From assembly GCA_963797095.1 (NCBI GenBank), contig CAWCNY010000002.1:800001-864000 (forward strand): a DNA stretch of 64,000 bases. Reading direction: 5' to 3'. This stretch comes from an uncultured Chloroflexia bacterium. GTDB taxonomy: Bacteria > Chloroflexota > Chloroflexia > QHBQ01 > JADMIH01. A model generated the notes under the pieces. The model saw only the letters and a list, made by a program, of their open reading frames with translations, was not told the DNA's origin and ran no database searches. This document shows, one piece after another, positions 61,009 to 64,000 of this stretch; the first letter of the stretch is position 1; every line of letters begins with the position of its first letter. A program made the position numbers and the translations under genes.

Positions 61009-61767
61009 TTACTTCTTTATTTCGGCGTATGTTGGGTGAGGGAGGAAACCCCAATGGTCCTGGGGCCAGTAAGAAACAAACGCTGTGCCTACTATACTTT
61101 CAATAGTAATAGCGTGCTCAGGGAAGACGTGCGAGTCGCTGGAGTTGCGCCTGTTATCTCCCAGCACGAACACACGGTCTTTCTGGACTGTGAATGGCCC
61201 GAAGTTGTAGTCGGGCGTCTGCTTTATATACGGCTCGTCCAGTTTGACCCCATTGATGTACACCCCGCAGGCGCCGCAATCGCGCTCAGGGTTGCCAATG
61301 GGGTCGGGGTCGGCCTTGATCTCGACCGTTTCGCCCTCGACCGCTATCACCCGCTTGATGAAATCCTTATCCTCTATAGGCGCTTGAAAGACGATGATAT
61401 CGCCGCGCTGAGGCCCATGGAAGAGATAGCGCATATCAGGCTGGATGTCTTTGTTCAAGATCCGCGCCAGGAAATTGGCGTCGTAGCGATAATAAAGGCC
61501 GCTGTTTACAAGCAGGCGCTCCTCGGTGTGGAGCGTAGGGAGCATACTGTCGCCCTCGACCTTGAAGTTCTGGACGACCGAGCGCACCATGAAGAAAATA
61601 AGCAGGGTAATGAGAACCGTCTCGATAATATCGCGGACGGCGCTCTTGCCCATTCCTCTACCGGGATAAGCCAGGTCTTCGGATACACTATCGCTGTCAA
61701 AGTCGGGAACGTAAGGTAGGCGTTGTTCGGAATGCCACCACGTATCATTGTCACTTTCTATTCGCAT
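61009..61767 (-). CDS. lepB: Signal peptidase I
   Basis: GDSMLPTL (catalytic Ser), FIKRVIA (catalytic Lys), FVLGDNRRNSSDS. Confidence 0.95.
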   Translation of the reverse strand: MRIESDNDTWWHSEQRLPYVPDFDSDSVSEDLAYPGRGMGKSAVRDIIETVLITLLIFFMVRSVVQNFKVEGDSMLPTLHTEERLLVNSGLYYRYDANFLARILNKDIQPDMRYLFHGPQRGDIIVFQAPIEDKDFIKRVIAVEGETVEIKADPDPIGNPERDCGACGVYINGVKLDEPYIKQTPDYNFGPFTVQKDRVFVLGDNRRNSSDSHVFPEHAITIESIVGTAFVSYWPQDHWGFLPHPTYAEIKK

Positions 61768-61948
61768 CTTGATCTCTTTTTGTGCCGCGAGGAATTTGCT
61801 TTCCATTATATAGCATGGAACGGGCCAGGCCCTATATATAACGTAATTATATACGCTGAGTATTACATGCGCAATCGGCGGCTTGGTTGTACAATGAGCC
61901 CTGGATAGTACTCATGCCCGACTTGTGGGGTGAATGGGAGGGACAAAG

Positions 61949-63469
61949 ATGGTAAATAGAGTAATGGAAACGTATCCGGCCCCGCCGTTCCAGCCGGGGT
62001 TGGATTGGATCAATACGGGTGGAAAGGCGCTGACCTTAGAGGATTTGCGCGGGAAGCTGCTGTTGCTCGATTTCTGGACCTACGGTTGAATCAACTGCAT
62101 GCATATATTGCCGGTGGTGCACCGGCTTGAAGAAAAGTACGCAAATGATCTCACAGTAGTGGGGGTGCATGCCGGTAAGTTTATCGCCGAGAGGGTGACC
62201 GAGAACATCAGAACGGCCACGCGGCGGCTTGGGGTCGCTCACCCGGTAGTGAACGACAGGCATTTCAGAACGTGGCGATCCTATGGCGTGCAAGCATGGC
62301 CCACTGTAGTCTTAGTCAGCCCCGATGGGCAATATATCGGCCAGCATTCAGGCGAGTTTACCTTCGAGCAGTTCGACCAGATCATCGGCGGTCTGGCCCA
62401 GGCTTATCGACAGGAGGGCCTGTTGATCGATGGGCCTCTACACTTTCTTGTGGACCCTGATCCCACCCCATCTTCTCTATTGCGGTTTCCGGGCAAGGTG
62501 CTCGCCGATGCGGTAGGCGGGCGGCTATTTATCTCAGATACCGCCAACAACCGTGTGCTGGTAGCAGCTGTTAGTGAACCTGGCGGAGTTGCCACCATTG
62601 TGAGCGTGATAGGGGACGGGGTATCAGGATTTCAGGACGGAGCCCTTGCCGAGGCTCAACTGAACCACCCCGAAGGCCTCGCTTTGCAGGAGGATACGCT
62701 GTACGTCGCCGATAAGGAGAATCATTCGATCCGGGCGGCTAACCTGGCGCAAGGCACACTCGAAACTATCGCCGGGACCGGGCAGATCGGCTATAGCAGG
62801 GAAGGCGGGATGGGCCGCGATGTGGCCCTGAACTCGCCCTGGGACTTGCTTGAAAGCGACAACTATCTCTACATAGCCATGGCGGGCAGGCACCAGATAT
62901 GGAGGATGGTGCTCAGCACGGGGCGTGTGGACCCGTTTGTTGGGAGCGGACGCGAGAACATAGACGACAACCTGAACAGGAGCGCCACCCTTGCCCAACC
63001 CAGCGGGCTTACCACGGACGAACAGCGCCTCTTCTTCGCCGACAGCGAGTTGAGTGCGGTGCGGGCAGCCGATTTCTCGCCCGATGGCTACACACAAACT
63101 CTGGTAGGGAGCGGCCTGTTCGACTTCGGCGACAAGGAAGGCAAGACCCTCGAAGCTAAGTTGCAACACTGTCTTGGCGTAGCCTATTACGAGGGCGGCA
63201 TACTTATCGCTGACACATACAACAACAAGATCAAGAGACTTGACCTGAGTGCAAAGGAAATAATAACTCTCCTGGGTTCTGGGAAACCTGATCAGTTGTA
63301 CGAGCCTGGCGGCCTATCGATCTGGGATGGTCAGGACAGCGCACGACTGTACATCGCTGATACCAACAACCACCGTGTGCTGGTATCGGTGATCAACAGC
63401 GATGGTACACTATCTCCTCCATCGGTTGTGGAGATCATCTTTCCCGGTGCCACAAGCAACGAATCGTAA
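61949..63469 (+). CDS. Thioredoxin-like plus NHL-repeat protein, probable selenoprotein (TGA at 62087-62089 = codon 47)
   Basis: GGGAGG RBS and ATG 61949. Reads ...WINT...[19 protein letters not shown]...GVHAGKF...AWPT..., then NHL repeats ([33 protein letters not shown]). Confidence 0.85.
62110..62126 (+). promoter_or_regulatory. Candidate bacterial SECIS hairpin
   Basis: GCCGGT-GGTGC-ACCGGC. The G-led loop begins about 27 nt after the TGA. Confidence 0.55.
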
Positions 63470-63484
63470 GATTACATCCAGGAG

Positions 63485-64000
63485 TTAGTGCGCGGCGATC
63501 CCCAACCAGATCGCGTCGATCACGGATTGGAGCCATTGATCGTCTTCAGCCTGCCCCGCGATATGGCGTGCGAAGATTGAGCCCGCAATCATCTGGGTAA
63601 TAACTTCAACCTGTATATCGGATCGTACATCTCCGCGCTCGATCCCCCTGCGAAGTATGTCTGACATCGCTTCCATGCGTGGGTAGATGACCAGGCTCCG
63701 GAAAAGCTCAATCAGTTCTGGATCTTCGCGCTCTTTGACCAACACAGTGCCGAGCATTGAATAGAGATTACGCGCTTTCAGTATCCTATGAAATTGGCCC
63801 ACAAACTTGTAGAGGTCGGCACGCACATCGCCCGAATCTGCATAGGTCTCCAAAGTGTTAGCAAGCGACGACACGGCAGCCACCACAAGTTCACGCTTGC
63901 CGGGGTAGCGCCTGTAGATGGTGGTTTTGCCCACCCCTGCGGCTGCGGCCACCCCTTCCATAGACATAGCATCATACCCCTGCTCAACGAGCAACTGGAG
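63485..64000 (-). CDS. TetR/AcrR-family regulator (5' end outside the window)
   Basis: GYDAMSMEGVAAAAGVGKTTIYRRYPGK; GIERGDVR. Confidence 0.93.
   Translation of the reverse strand, partial: LQLLVEQGYDAMSMEGVAAAAGVGKTTIYRRYPGKRELVVAAVSSLANTLETYADSGDVRADLYKFVGQFHRILKARNLYSMLGTVLVKEREDPELIELFRSLVIYPRMEAMSDILRRGIERGDVRSDIQVEVITQMIAGSIFARHIAGQAEDDQWLQSVIDAIWLGIAAH

Overview
Bacterial chromosomal window, most likely from a Chloroflexota genome. This is an inference from the duplicated 'FGYPIS...QYFERARFE' surface domains, intergenic heptamer tandem repeats and a GAAC-N4-GTTC LexA box. It carries about 40 housekeeping and accessory genes (acyl-CoA dehydrogenase, sbcD, NAD-type isocitrate dehydrogenase, topA, trmB, pepF, tRNA-Ser, ispH, msrA/msrB, lepB, a hybrid histidine kinase, a GGDEF-EAL protein) and four IS elements (IS66, IS1182, ISAs1, IS701). 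Main observations: (1) a three-level nested element at 20781-27774. An IS1182 is split at its RIDW|KY motif by a group II intron, whose reverse transcriptase (RT) gene is split at the catalytic FADD|F motif by a second group II intron. Each intron's EBS loop matches its current target. (2) A probable selenoprotein (thioredoxin UxxC plus NHL repeats, 61949-63469) that the ORF track truncates at an in-frame TGA, with a SECIS-like hairpin downstream. (3) A site-2-protease-like receptor whose HExxH motif reads RExxR, fused to CBS and extracellular domains. (4) An ISAs1 inserted into the terminal repeat of an ISAs1-type MITE. (5) A giant acidic TPR protein split by one in-frame TAA. All product calls come from reading motifs by eye; no database search was run.
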